A program made the translations under genes and the position numbers. The notes below the pieces were generated by a model. That model worked only from the letters and a program-made list of their open reading frames with translations. It ran no database searches and was not told the DNA's origin. A stretch of 64,000 nt of DNA from Squalus acanthias (lineage: Eukaryota): assembly GCA_030390025.1 (NCBI GenBank), contig CM059432.1, positions 144,710,001 to 144,774,000 on the forward strand, written 5' to 3'. Below are positions 38,926-50,097 of the stretch, piece by piece (the first letter of the stretch is position 1; each line of letters starts with the position of its first letter).

Positions 38926-39439
38926 GGTGCTTTGTAATCTGTTGGTTTTTTTATTGATTGGCTTCTTGAAATAAAATGTTTTAATGAAAAATGTATTTGA
39001 AACAAAACACAGCAGAAATAATATTTGCCTGTGCCAATCTGCAGAGTTCCATGTGGAGATCACAGCAGGTCTATGGTTTATATTCTTTAGTGACATCTGC
39101 AATCAACCAGCATCAGGGCCCTGTTTTTCAGGGAATCCGTATCACGCACCTGATCATATTTAATGTAAGTGAATTCATTGAAGTTAAACAAAGCAGCACG
39201 GAGTTTTATGTCAAGTTGAAGGGTTATCAACTTTCACCTGCATATACCAGCACAAAAGGTTTGAACAACATACCTCCAAAGAGATGGTTTCCATTTAGTG
39301 CTGATTAAAATGTATTTCAAAAGAGTTCAATTTTTTTTTCACTTTTTCCCACATCGCTCCCCCTCTCCCTTCCTTGCCTCAGGACTATTCTCGCCAGAAC
39401 AGTGTGAACATTTCCACAGAACAATCAATTGATACTTCC

Positions 39440-39830
39440 CTGATGGCCGAATGAATAAAGACATTGCCAAACTAAGCCAGAAGCTCTTAGGTTGGATTCC
39501 TAGTTTGTGCTGAGTTAGCTGATCTGTGTCAGGGAAGAAGTGAGGTGTGTTCGTGGCTCAGTGGCCCCGGGTTAGAGGGATGAACAATCAGCGAGGATTC
39601 CTGCTTCGGACTGCCGTTCAGTTACTTCTGCTGGAAAGCGCACTTGTGTGGATGTTGGATGAAGACAGGAGTGGGCTCAGTTGTGATGAGTTACATAGTC
39701 AAATAGCCTACCAGTGTTCACTGTTGCAGGCCACAAATAAAGAAAGGCTACTTGGACAAGGGACTGGAGGGGTGCTAACGTCGTGGAACTGCACCCCAAA
39801 CAGGTCAGTATCTTCTGGGGAGGAAGGGGG
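39440..39830 (+). mobile_element. Degenerate SINE-like interspersed repeat, with related pieces at about 10960-11200, 54720-54900 and 57960-58230 (-)
   Basis: Shared motifs ctgctggaaag, gtgtggatg and gtggaactgcacccca recur in these segments. Confidence 0.45.
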
Positions 39831-40054
39831 GAAATTGAAAACAGGAAGAAGACAGGATGGTAAGTTAGAGGGCAGTAATTCAAATAGTTACATTCATAAA
39901 CTGTGAGAATGGAGCTCAGGTGGTTTATAAGGCAACAGAACCCAAAGACTGTTATACAGTACATTCACTGCCAGTTAGTAATCAACCTCTATTACGCTGT
40001 ATTTAAGTAAAGCAATGCTTGTTTTTATTGTTTATATATTCACTATGTGCCTTG

Positions 40055-40560
40055 ATCAAACTTGAGGTCATCCAGAACTATGCTGCCCGTATCCTAACTC
40101 ACAACAAGTCCCGTTCACCCATCACCCGTGCTCGCTGACCTACATTGGCTCCCGGTCCGGTAACACCTCCATTTTAAAATTCTCATCCTTGTTTTCAAAT
40201 CCCTCCATGGCCTTGTCCCTCCCTATCTCTGTATCCTCCTCCAACCCTACAACCCTCCGAGATATCTGCGCTCCTCCAATTCTGGCCTCTTGCGCATCCC
40301 CAATTTTAATCGCTCCACCATTGGCGGCCATGCCTTCAGCTGCCTAGGCCTGAAGCTCTGGAATTCCCTCCCTAAACCTCCCTCCTCCTCCTTTAAGACG
40401 CTCCTTAAAACCTACCACTTTGACCAAGCTTTTGGTGACCTGTCCTAATATTTCCTTCTGTGGCACAGTGATAAATTTTGTTTGATAACGCTCCTTTGAA
40501 GCGCCTTGGAATATTTTACTATGTTAAAGGCGCTATATAAATGCAAGTTGCTGTTGCTGA
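40055..40560 (+). mobile_element. L2 LINE 3' end
   Basis: aaacttgaggtcatcca...acctacattggctcccgg...aaaggcgctatataaatgcaagttgctgttg. Confidence 0.85.
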
Positions 40561-40574
40561 TCACTTAAGTTATA

Positions 40575-40855
40575 AATGCTGGGAAAATGTTTCCCCTGGC
40601 TGGGGAATCTAGAACACAGGGTCACAGTCACAGAATAAGGGGTAGGCCATTTAGGACTGAGATGAGGAGAAATTTCTTCACTCAAAGTGTTGTGAATCTT
40701 TGGAATTCTCTACCCCAGAGAGCTGTGGATGCTCAGTCGTTGAGTATATTCAAGACAGAGGTCGCTAGATTTTTGGGAAGGAAGGGAATTAAGGGATATG
40801 GGGATAGTGTGGGAAGGTGGAGTTGAGGTAGAAGATCAGCCATGATCTTGTTGAT
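40575..40855 (+). mobile_element. CR1 LINE 3' fragment
   Basis: MFPLAGESRTQGHSHRIRGRPFRTEMRRNFFTQSVVNLWNSLP. Confidence 0.88.
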
Positions 40856-42745
40856 CCCAAGCAAATTAATATTAAGAGATATCAATAGCTGCAACTTCCC
40901 ACCACATGCAGCCAACTTAGTCACAAGCCCCTCTGTGTCTCAGTTGAATATCTAACTTCATTTGGAGCCTGGCTTTATTTCTTTAACCAATAGTTTGGTG
41001 TGGTGTGCAGATGGCAGGCAAGGCAGTTTATGTTCCGCTGGGCTTTATCTTGATCTTGTAATCATGAATCCTCTGCCACAAAAGGAACTCTGACCCAAAA
41101 AAGCAGTTTTTCATGCCTGTTTTGTCAGTGTTCTTACAGTCTTATATAGCATAATTTCTTAGATAGGCAGGGAGCCCAACACTGGAACAATGGCTGTTAG
41201 GATCTAATGAAGCTAAACAAAATCTACAATCGTGGAAGTGTCACCACAGCTGCAATGATTTATGGAGGCAACGCACCTCCACCCACAATCTCAGGGGAAC
41301 TAGGAATAGACAATCAGACTGGTCTGTGCCGTTCACATCGCAAGAACAAATAAAGAAAGCATCAGAACTGTGTAACGAGTGTCTCCCATGCACCTCGATT
41401 AGAGGGATCCTTTACTACAGCTTTATATTTCAGGAACTCTTAGTGAATTACAGTTAATAACTTTCTTTCACACTGTGCCCTTAACACTCACCATACTCCC
41501 CATGGGGTGATGAAAATATACAATTAAGTCAGTAAGTCAAACAAAGAGAATGTCCTACAGTGATGATATAAGGGTAACAGTTTTTCTTAATTAAAAAGAT
41601 CAAGGCTGTCAATCAGAAGCTAACGTTATCTATTATTTTAGCTTAATGCTCTGCATAACTACAGTTCCTGGAAGCAAAACTCCTCCAGGAATGTTAGGAG
41701 ACTCAAACCCAGCCAGTGTTAAAAGCACAGGGATAATGTGGCTGAAAACATTTAACAATTTAATGTTCCACCAAATCAACGCTCCCTAAGTTACATTGTG
41801 GGAGTTCCCCTGGGGCAAACACCTGTCCTTGAATCAGTGACAAGTCATTACATGCTACCCTGGCCCCTGTCATGCTTTACATTTGCCTGAGTGAGTTTAG
41901 TTCATTTGGGTACTGCATGCCTACTTGGATCCACCTTTCAAGTCTAAACTCTGGAAAATTAATTGTAACCTTTAGCCACTGACCAGCCCCTCTTCAGTGA
42001 CTCAGTCATGTAGCTGTGACTGGCCCATGGGAATAGTATTCGATCACTGCAATCACCATCAAAAAAACAAAGGCTTAAAAAAAGGAAGTCTTGTCTTGCT
42101 ACGGCAGTAGTCCATTCCTGACATTTACAGGTTTAACTTGCACAGATACATGCTAAGATAATGGCGGTACATTGTAAATGTCATGCCCTTTCATGTCTTA
42201 TCTGCTTGGACGGTAGGGCCCCACAGCTACTGTAAGTGAGTTGCTGAATTTCCCACAACACTCTTATTGTGCGATCGGATGCCTGGAGGCCATCAAGAAG
42301 GCAAGCACTGCTAAAAGCTCCAGATACTTGCTGACCAAGATTCAGGCAGCACAAATTAGGACCAGTACACCATCAAGTACCTTGCGATCAGAGGTTTAAT
42401 CTCAGTCCATTAGACCCTTATACATCTTGTTCCTTCCTGTCTCTCTACAGCAATATATGACTCCCTGAGCTGATCAAAAGGCAGCACTGTAAGAATCACA
42501 GAGCAATGTGCTGAAGGAAATTGCATCAGGAAATACACTTTATTCTAGCACATTAAATTTCTGCACCTGGTCTTACACAGAGAAACAGCAGGAATGTTTA
42601 TCGACTCTGTGCTCAGTTTTCAAATACAAGGGTTACCACATAAATGTACAGTGAGGCAGAAACGTATTCAGACGTGCACAACTTCCTCCACTATTTCTAT
42701 CAGGCATGCGAGACTGCAGCCCAGACAGTAGCCACCATCAGGTGT

Positions 42746-42948
42746 TGCCGGTGTTGGACTGGGGTGGACAAAAATGAGAAGTCGCACAACACCAGGTTAT
42801 AGTCCAACAGTTTTATTTAAAATTACGAGCTTTCGGAGCTGCTGCCCCTTCGTCAGGTACCTGACGAAGGAGCAGCAGCTCCGAAAGCTCGTAATTTTAA
42901 ATAAAACTGTTGGACTATAACCTGGTGTTGTGCGACTTCTCATTTTTG
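42746..42948. mobile_element. Penelope-like family A fold-back element (90-bp arms, no spacer, two hammerheads), 12-bp TSD
   Basis: Arms 42769-42858 and 42859-42948 differ by one mismatch, centred on ggt|acc. TSD accatcaggtgt at 42734-42745 and 42949-42960. Confidence 0.92.
42858..42893 (+). ncRNA. Minimal type I hammerhead ribozyme motif (PLE family A), mirrored on the minus strand at 42824-42859
   Basis: TAC-CTGACGA-A-GGAGC-AGCA-GCTCC-GAAA-GC-T-C-GTA. Intact core, 5-bp stem II, palindromic AGCT stem III, stem I TAC/GTA. Confidence 0.78.
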
Positions 42949-43021
42949 ACCATCAGGTGTGTCCAAGCTTTTCGTCTTTGTTAGCTGCACAGTTCGTACC
43001 ATATAAAATTCCCCATGTTAC

Positions 43022-43158
43022 AGAAAGAACCTACATTTACATAGCACCTTTCACATCCTCAGCACTTCCCAAAGCGCTTCACAGCCAATTAACTACTTTT
43101 GAAGTGCAGTACCTGTTCTAATGTAGGCAAATGAGGCAGCCAATTTGTGCACATCACA
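43022..43158 (-). mobile_element. Deu-SINE 3' fragment
   Basis: Colinear with 900-1040. Confidence 0.7.
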
Positions 43159-43856
43159 AAGAACATAAGAACATAAGAAATAGGAGCAGGAGTAGGCCAA
43201 TCGGCCCTTCGAGCCTGCTCCGCCATTCAATGAGATCATGGCTGATCTGATCCTCACCTCAAATCTAAAGAACACAAGAAGTAGGAGCAGGACCCGGCCA
43301 CTCAGCCCCTGGGCTCCGCCACCCACAGGGCCTTGACCGATCCGAACTCAGCCTCATGTCCAATTTCCTGCCCGCTCCCCGTAACCCCTAATTCCCTTTA
43401 CTTCTAGGAAACTGTCTATTTCTGTTTTAAATTTATTTAATGATGTAGCTTCCACAGCTTCCTGGGGCAGCAAATTCCACAGACCCACCACCCTCTGAGT
43501 GAAGAAGTTTCTCCTCATCTCAGTTTTGAAAGAGGAGCCCCTTATTCTAAGATTATGCCCCCTAGTTCTAGTTTCACCCATCCTTGGGAACATCCTTACC
43601 GCATCCACCCGATCAAGCCCCTTCACAATCTTATATGTTTCAATAAGATCGCCTCTCATTCTTCTGAACTCCAATGAGTAGAGTCCCAATCTACTCAACC
43701 TCTCCTCGTATGTCCACCCCCTCATCCCGGGGATTAACCGAGTGAACCTTCTTTGTACTGCCTCGAGAGCAAGTATGTCTTTTCTTAAGTATGGACACCA
43801 AAACTGTATGCAGTATTCCAGATGCGGTCTCACCAATACCTTATATAACTGCAGCA
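43159..43856 (-). mobile_element. CR1 LINE 3' fragment with two successive 3' tail modules
   Basis: LQLYKVLVRPHLEYCIQFW...RRMRGDLIETYKI...FFTQRVVGLWNLLP. The tail motif aagaa(a/g)taggagcagga occurs at about 43175 and about 43276. Confidence 0.9.
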
Positions 43857-43864
43857 ATGAGATT

Positions 43865-44375
43865 AATGGCTGGCCTCACATTTTCCACCCTCCATGGACT
43901 TGAGCTCATCCAACACTCTGCTGCTCGTATCCTAATTCGCACGAAGTCCCGTTCACCCATTACCTCTTTGCTTGCTGACCTACGTTGGCCCCTGATCCGG
44001 CAACGCCTCAATTTTAAAATTCTCATCTTTGTTTTCAACTCTCTCCATGGCCTCGCCCCTCCCTAAGCCCTCCAAGATCTCTGCGCTCCTCCAATTCGGG
44101 CCTCTTGCACATCCCCGATTTCCTTCGCTCCACCATTGGTGGACATGCCTGCAGCTGCCGAGGCCCTAAGCTCTGGAATTCCCTCCCTAAACCTCTCTAG
44201 CTCTCTCTCCTCCTTTAAGACGCCCCTTAAAACCTACATCTTTGACCAAGCTTTTGGTGTCCTAATATCGCATGTGGCTTGGTGTCAAATTTTGTTTGAT
44301 AACACTCCTGTGAAGCACCTTGGGATGTTTTATTAATTTAAAGGCACTATATAAATACAAGTTGTTGTTGTTGTT
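43865..44375 (+). mobile_element. L2 LINE 3' end with (TTG)n tail
   Basis: LELIQHSAARILIRTKSRSPIT...LRW. Ends aaggcactatataaatacaagttgttgttgttg. Confidence 0.85.
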
Positions 44376-47300
44376 TGAGCATCTCACCTTGTTCCATCCC
44401 TCTCACCTCATTTAAAATTCTCGTTCTCTACCGCCCACCCAAGTACGATAACAATTTTATCACCGAGATATCCTCACTGCTTTCCTCCCTCAGCCTCTGT
44501 ACCAAGCGACTTCTCATCCTTGGTGATTTCAACCTCCATCTCAATTCATCATGCTCTCTCGCCTCTAAGTTCACTACACTCCTATCCTCCCTTAATCTCT
44601 CCCTCATTGTGAACTCCCCAACCCATATTCACGGCCATCCCCTTGACCTTGCCATCTCTCGTGGCCTCGCTACTCCCACTGTGTCAATTGAAGATAAGGC
44701 CATCTCTGACCACTTCCTTGTATCGCTCTCCACCCACATCCCCCTTCCCCGCCCAACCCTACTTCCTTCCGTGTCCGCCCCTGGAAAAAACTCTCTCCCA
44801 ACTCTCTTACAACTGCACTTGCAAAATCCCAACTGTCAAGCCTTTGGCCCTCCATTCATCATGACATTTCTGCTCAACCACACCTCCACCACCACCTTTG
44901 ATGCCCTAGTCCCTATTAAAACCATTACTCTCTCTCACCCTGGCCGTTACCCCTGGTACGGCCCACATCTTTGCTCCCTCAAGTCCAAGGGACGCAGGAT
45001 GGCAGGAATGACGTACGAGGAGAGATTGGGTCGATTAGGCTTATATCCGCTAGAGTTTAGAAGAATGAGAGGGGATCTCATTGAAACTTATAAAATTCTA
45101 ACAGGACTAGACAGACTAGATGCAGGAAGGATGTTCCCGATGGCCGGGGAGTCCAGAACCAGGGGTCACAGTCTAAGGATAAGGGGTAAGCCATTTAGGA
45201 CTGAGATGAGGAGGAATTTCTTCACCCAGAGAGTGGTGAACCTGTGGAATTCTCTACCACACAAGGCAGTTGAGGCCAATTCATTAAATATATTCAAGAA
45301 GGAGTTAGATATATTTCTTAAGGCTAAAGGGATCAAGGGATATGGGGAGAAAGCAGGGACAGGGTACTGAATTTGGATGATCAGCCATGATCTCATTAAA
45401 TGGCGGAACAGGCTCGAGGGGCCGAATGGCCTACTCCTGCTCCTATCTTCTATGTTTCTATGACGGACAACTGGTTCAGCCATTCATCGCCAGATCTGGC
45501 TGGACCACAGAAAGCATTATCAGGTCCTACTCTTGTCTGACAAAACTGCTTACTATTCCAGGATCATTCTGGAATGCAAAGATAACCCCCGGCTACTATT
45601 CTCTACTGCTAAACATCTTCTTAAACCCCTCTTCCGTCTCCTCCACCTTCACCTCCAACAACAAGTGTGAGGAGCTCATGAACATTTGTCTCCAAGATTG
45701 AGACCATCCGTTCACCTGCCTCTGCCACTTCCCTTCCTTTCCCTAGCCCACCGGGCCAAACTTCCTCTAAGGTTGTTCCACCCTGCTTTAGCTCTGAACT
45801 CATATTTTTCCAGTTTCTCTCCGATCTCCCCTCTTGACCTCTCCACACTCATCTTGTCCATGAGACCCACTTCTTGCTCCCTCAACCCTATTCCCACCAA
45901 ACTGCTGACCACCCAACATCCTTTTCTGGCTCCCATGTTAGCTGACATTGTTAACGGTTCGCTCTCCTCAGGTACTGTCCCCCTCTCCTTCACATCTGCC
46001 GTCATCACACCTCTCCTCAAAAGACCAACCCTCGACCCCTCTGTCCTTGCAAACTACTGCCCCATCTCCAACCTCCCTTTCCTTTCCAAAGTCCTTGAAC
46101 GTGTTGTCGCCTCCCAAATCCGTGCCCGTCTTTCCCGCAACGCCATGTTTGAATCCCTCCAATCAGGTTTCCGCCCCTGCCACAGTACCGAAACAGCTCT
46201 CATCAAAGTCACAAATGTCATTCTTTGTGACTGTGACCATGGTAAACTATCCCTCCTTGTCCTCCTCGACCTGGCTGCAACCTTTGACATGGTTGACCAC
46301 TCCATCCTCCTCCGACGCTTCTCCACCACCGTCCAGCTGGGTGGGACTGCACTCGCCTGGTTCCATTCTTATTTATCTAATCGTAACGAGAAAATCACCT
46401 GCGATGGCTTCTCTTCCCACTCCCGCATCGTAACCTCTGGGGTCCCCCAAAGATCTATACTTGGCCCCCACCTATTTCTCATCTATATGCTGCCCCTTGG
46501 CGACATCATCTGAAAACACAGCGTCAGTTTCCACATGTATGCTGATGACACCCATCTCTACCTCACCACCACTTCTCTCGTCTCTGCCACGGTCTCTAAA
46601 TTGACACACTGCTTGTCCGACATCCAGTACTGGATGAGCAGAAATTTTCTCCAATTAAATATTGGGAAGACCGAAGCCAATATCTTCGGGCCCCACCACA
46701 AACTCCTTTCACTAGCCACCGACTCCATCCCTCTCCCTAGCATCTGTCTGAGGCTGAACCAGACTGTTCGCAACTTTGGTGTCATATTGGACTCTGAAAT
46801 GAGCTTCCGACCACATATCCGTGGCATAATTAAGACCGCCTATTTCCACCTCCATAACACTCCCCGTCTCTGCCCCTGCCTCAGCTCATCTGCTGCTGAA
46901 TCCCTGATCCATGCCTTTGTTACCTCTAGACTTGACTATTCCAATGCACTCCTGGCTGGCTTCCCACATTCTACCCTACGTAAACTTGAGGCCACCCAAA
47001 ACTCGGCTGCCCGTGTCCTAACTCGCACCAAGTCCCGTTCACCCATCACCCGTGCTCGCTGACCTACATTGGCTCCCGGTTAAGCAATGCCTCGATTTCA
47101 AAATTCTCATCCTTGTTTTCAAATCCCTCCATGGCCTCGTCCCTCCCTATCTCTGTAATCTCCTTCAGCCCCACAACCCCCCAGAGATATCGGCACTCTT
47201 CAGATTCTGCCCTCGAGCATCCCTGATTATAAATCGCTCAACCATTGGTGGCCGTGTCTTCAGCTATCTAGGCGCTAAGCTCTGGAACTCCCTTCCTAAA

Positions 47301-47492
47301 CCTCTCCGCCACTCTACCTCTCTTTCCTCTGTAAGACGCTCCTTAAAACCTACCTCTTCGACCAAGCTTTTGGTCATCTGCCTTAATTTCTTATATGGCT
47401 CAGTGTCAATTTTTTGTCTTATAACACTCCTGTAAAGCGCCTTGGGACGTTTTACTACGTTAAAGGCGCTATATAAATACTTGTTGTTGTTG
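44376..47492 (+). mobile_element. L2 LINE, near full ORF2 pseudogene (APE fragment, RT, 3' UTR, (TTG)n), interrupted by CR1
   Basis: LYRPP...LILGDFNLH...GHPLDL...SDHFLV; PISNLPFLSKVLERVV...QSGFRPCHSTETAL...SGVPQRSILGP...MYADDTHLY...SRLDYSNALL. Several frameshifts and stops. Confidence 0.93.
44998..45462 (+). mobile_element. CR1 LINE 3' fragment nested in L2
   Basis: Closely similar to 11612-12071. Ends in ctatgtttctatg. Confidence 0.92.
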
Positions 47493-47559
47493 TAGTAATG
47501 ATCAGATTATCTGCTTTGGTGGTGATGGTTTAGAGATAAATATTGGCCAGGACATGATG

Positions 47560-47920
47560 CAATGAACTGGATATTGGCCTCCCCCTCTGGGACCTGGGTT
47601 CAAATCCAGCCCAGACTGATGTGATGAAAGTCTCGTGTGTCTAGCTGTAAGGGTCACACGTGAAATGAGTTTGGACTCTGAATCCAGTCCCTAGTGGGCA
47701 TGAGCCTACTGCACATGCTGTTCTTAATTTGCACCAGTCTGACTCAGAGGCCACAGATATCTGGTATAGGAAATAAAAACTGTCAGTGGTCTTCTGAGGT
47801 AGAAGATGAGGTGGATTGTTGGGGCAGAGTACAGGGAACCTCTCTGCATTTGGATGCACTATACCTGACCCGGGAGTGCTTGTTGCTTAAATGGATAGTG
47901 TTCCATTCCCTAGCACTAAC
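47560..47920 (+). mobile_element. LF-SINE-like tRNA-derived SINE
   Basis: Motifs cctctgggacctgggttcaaatccagcccag, gtgaaatgagtttgg, tccagtccctagtgggca and tggggcagagt occur in the order of the recalled LF-SINE consensus. Confidence 0.6.
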
Positions 47921-48796
47921 ACCCTCACCCTGTTAAGTAGAAAAGAAAATGAGTACATACAGGCAAGTCTCAAAGATGGAATTAACTTTATACAATGTCA
48001 GGTGAATAATCATGGGATGCATTTATCTTTTAGATTGTCCAAAAATAAATATATGAGAGTTAATTATCTTGTAATAATTAAGTAGACAGTAAGTGTCCCA
48101 TTAACCTTTCTATTTGATTCTTCCTGCAAGCCATGTTTGTGCTATGGAATTCAAAGAAAAATAATGTGCATTACTCAGATAGATGTATCTTCTGCTATCT
48201 TAGAACTGAAAAACTCTCCTTCCCATCTGCTGAATGAAATGGGGTCTTAGACCCCAGCAGTTTTAGTTAGAAGGGGAGAAAACAGTTCCAAAATCAATAT
48301 GACAATAATAGGTAAAATAGTTGTTTAATAAATGACTGACTGCAATTCTCTGTTGTGTTCACTGCAATAATACAAAATGTTCACTATATAGAAATTAACT
48401 GCGGTGATGGTTTTGCATCTGTGTACAATAAACACATACTTCAATTGCTCAGACAATCGGTATAGAATGTCCTCAGGGCCTGTTTTGTTGGGGGGGGGGG
48501 GGGTGGTGCAAGGGAAGGGGAGGTGGGAGTAAAGATGGTGCAAAAGGCCAAGTGGGGGAGGAAAATCAACTGGGACACAAAAACCCCCATCTCCGCCCAG
48601 AAGAGAAGACTATTACAGCGCAAAATCGGGCCAGAGGACTTTCCAAAAGGAGCGTATAACTAATACTGAATTAACAGAAAACCAGTAGGATGCCTGCTGT
48701 TATTGAACCTCATCACAATATGGATCTCTCCAATATCTGCTGGGGGATCCTTTTGAAATCAGTTTAAAACCAAAATTGACTTAAAAATTACAGGTA

Positions 48797-49155
48797 TTCA
48801 AGAAAGAAAGAACTTGCATTTATATAGCACCTTTCATGACCTTGGGCGTCCCAACGTGCTTTACAGTCAATTAAGTACTTTTTGAAGTGTAATCACTTTT
48901 GTAATGTAGGGAAACGCGGCAGCCAATTTGCGCACAGCAAGCTCCCACAAACAACAATGGGATAAATGACCAGATAATCTGTTTTAGTGGTGTTGATTGA
49001 GGGATAAATGTTCGCCAGGACACCAGGAGAACTCCCCTGCTCTTCGAAGGGAATCTTTTACATCCACCTGAGAGAACAGACGGGACTTCGGTTTAACATC
49101 TCATCCGAAAGACGGCACATCCAACAGTGTAGCACTCCCTCAGCACTGCACTTTA
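48797..49155 (-). mobile_element. Deu-domain SINE
   Basis: Colinear with 895-1270, with an (AAAG)n end. Confidence 0.85.
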
Positions 49156-49865
49156 GTATTCTGTCCAAAGACACTAGTATCTCATAGGTTGCTTGGCACA
49201 TTAATAATCCCTAGGAATTAACAGATCCTTCTTTCACTGATGAGTAGAAGGCCCTCACCAGATTGGCCTTTCAATGTATGAGGGCCTGAATTAAAGCAAA
49301 GGGACTTTGGATAGTTTATATTAGATATTATGTATGCGAAGTCTCTCCTTAGCAATACGTCTGCTTTCAACTTGCACTTCCTCCTTCCAACTCTCACATT
49401 GAATTTGCCACATTAATCGTCTTCTATTACTCAGTTTCTGAATACTGTATCTGTAATATGTACTAATGCTTGTACTTATCCCTATACATCAGGAAGGATG
49501 GTTAGATGTTGCAGTAAAATGCAGTGGAATCTAGTGATAAACATTATGTCCAGAGATGCAAAATAGTTTTCTAGCCTTGGTTGCATAAAGGTGTGGGTAA
49601 GAAATAACCTACACTTTGATACAAATATCAGGAGTTTACTAATTACAGGAAACTCTTGTTTAAACGGCACCTAAATATCCGGAATTCTCTATTAACCGGC
49701 AAAATTCATATTCCGAAAACTCCTCCCCAATAACCGGCAATGTTGCCAAGTCCGAGTCTCCCGCGAACGCCGCGTTAGTCAGTGGGGGTAGTTCTCCAAA
49801 ATGCCACTACTCGGCTTCCCGGCGCTGTGGGAAGTCCGAACACTGCAATAACAGGAGTCTGATTT

Positions 49866-50060
49866 TCCCGCGCTGCCGGTAGTCTCTTCTGATCGGCCAT
49901 TTTACTGTGTGTCTCCCACGCTGCTGGTAGTCTCTTCTGATCGGCCATTTTACTGTGTGTCTCCCACGCTGCTGGTAGTCTCTTCTGATACACCATTTTA
50001 CTGTGTGTCTCCCGCGCTGCTGGTAGTCTCTTCTGATACACCATTTTTCTGTGTGTCTCT
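49866..50060 (+). repeat. 48-bp tandem repeat, 4 copies, in the Tigger 5' region
   Basis: Unit tcccacgctgctggtagtctcttctgatcggccattttactgtgtgtc. Confidence 0.9.
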
Positions 50061-50097
50061 CCATCTTTATCGGGAATTATCTCCCCCATCTTGCATT

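Noticed and set aside
44375..45370. 331-aa ORF joining an endonuclease to a CR1 C-terminus
   Set aside because: Chance in-frame fusion from a nested CR1 insertion into a frameshifted L2.
48476..48632. Possible MITE with ggcctgttttg / caaaatcgggcc ends
   Set aside because: The TIR match is short and imperfect and no TSD is evident.
49866..50060. Regular repeats resembling a CRISPR array
   Set aside because: Head-to-tail 48-bp units with no unique spacers, inside a eukaryotic transposon.
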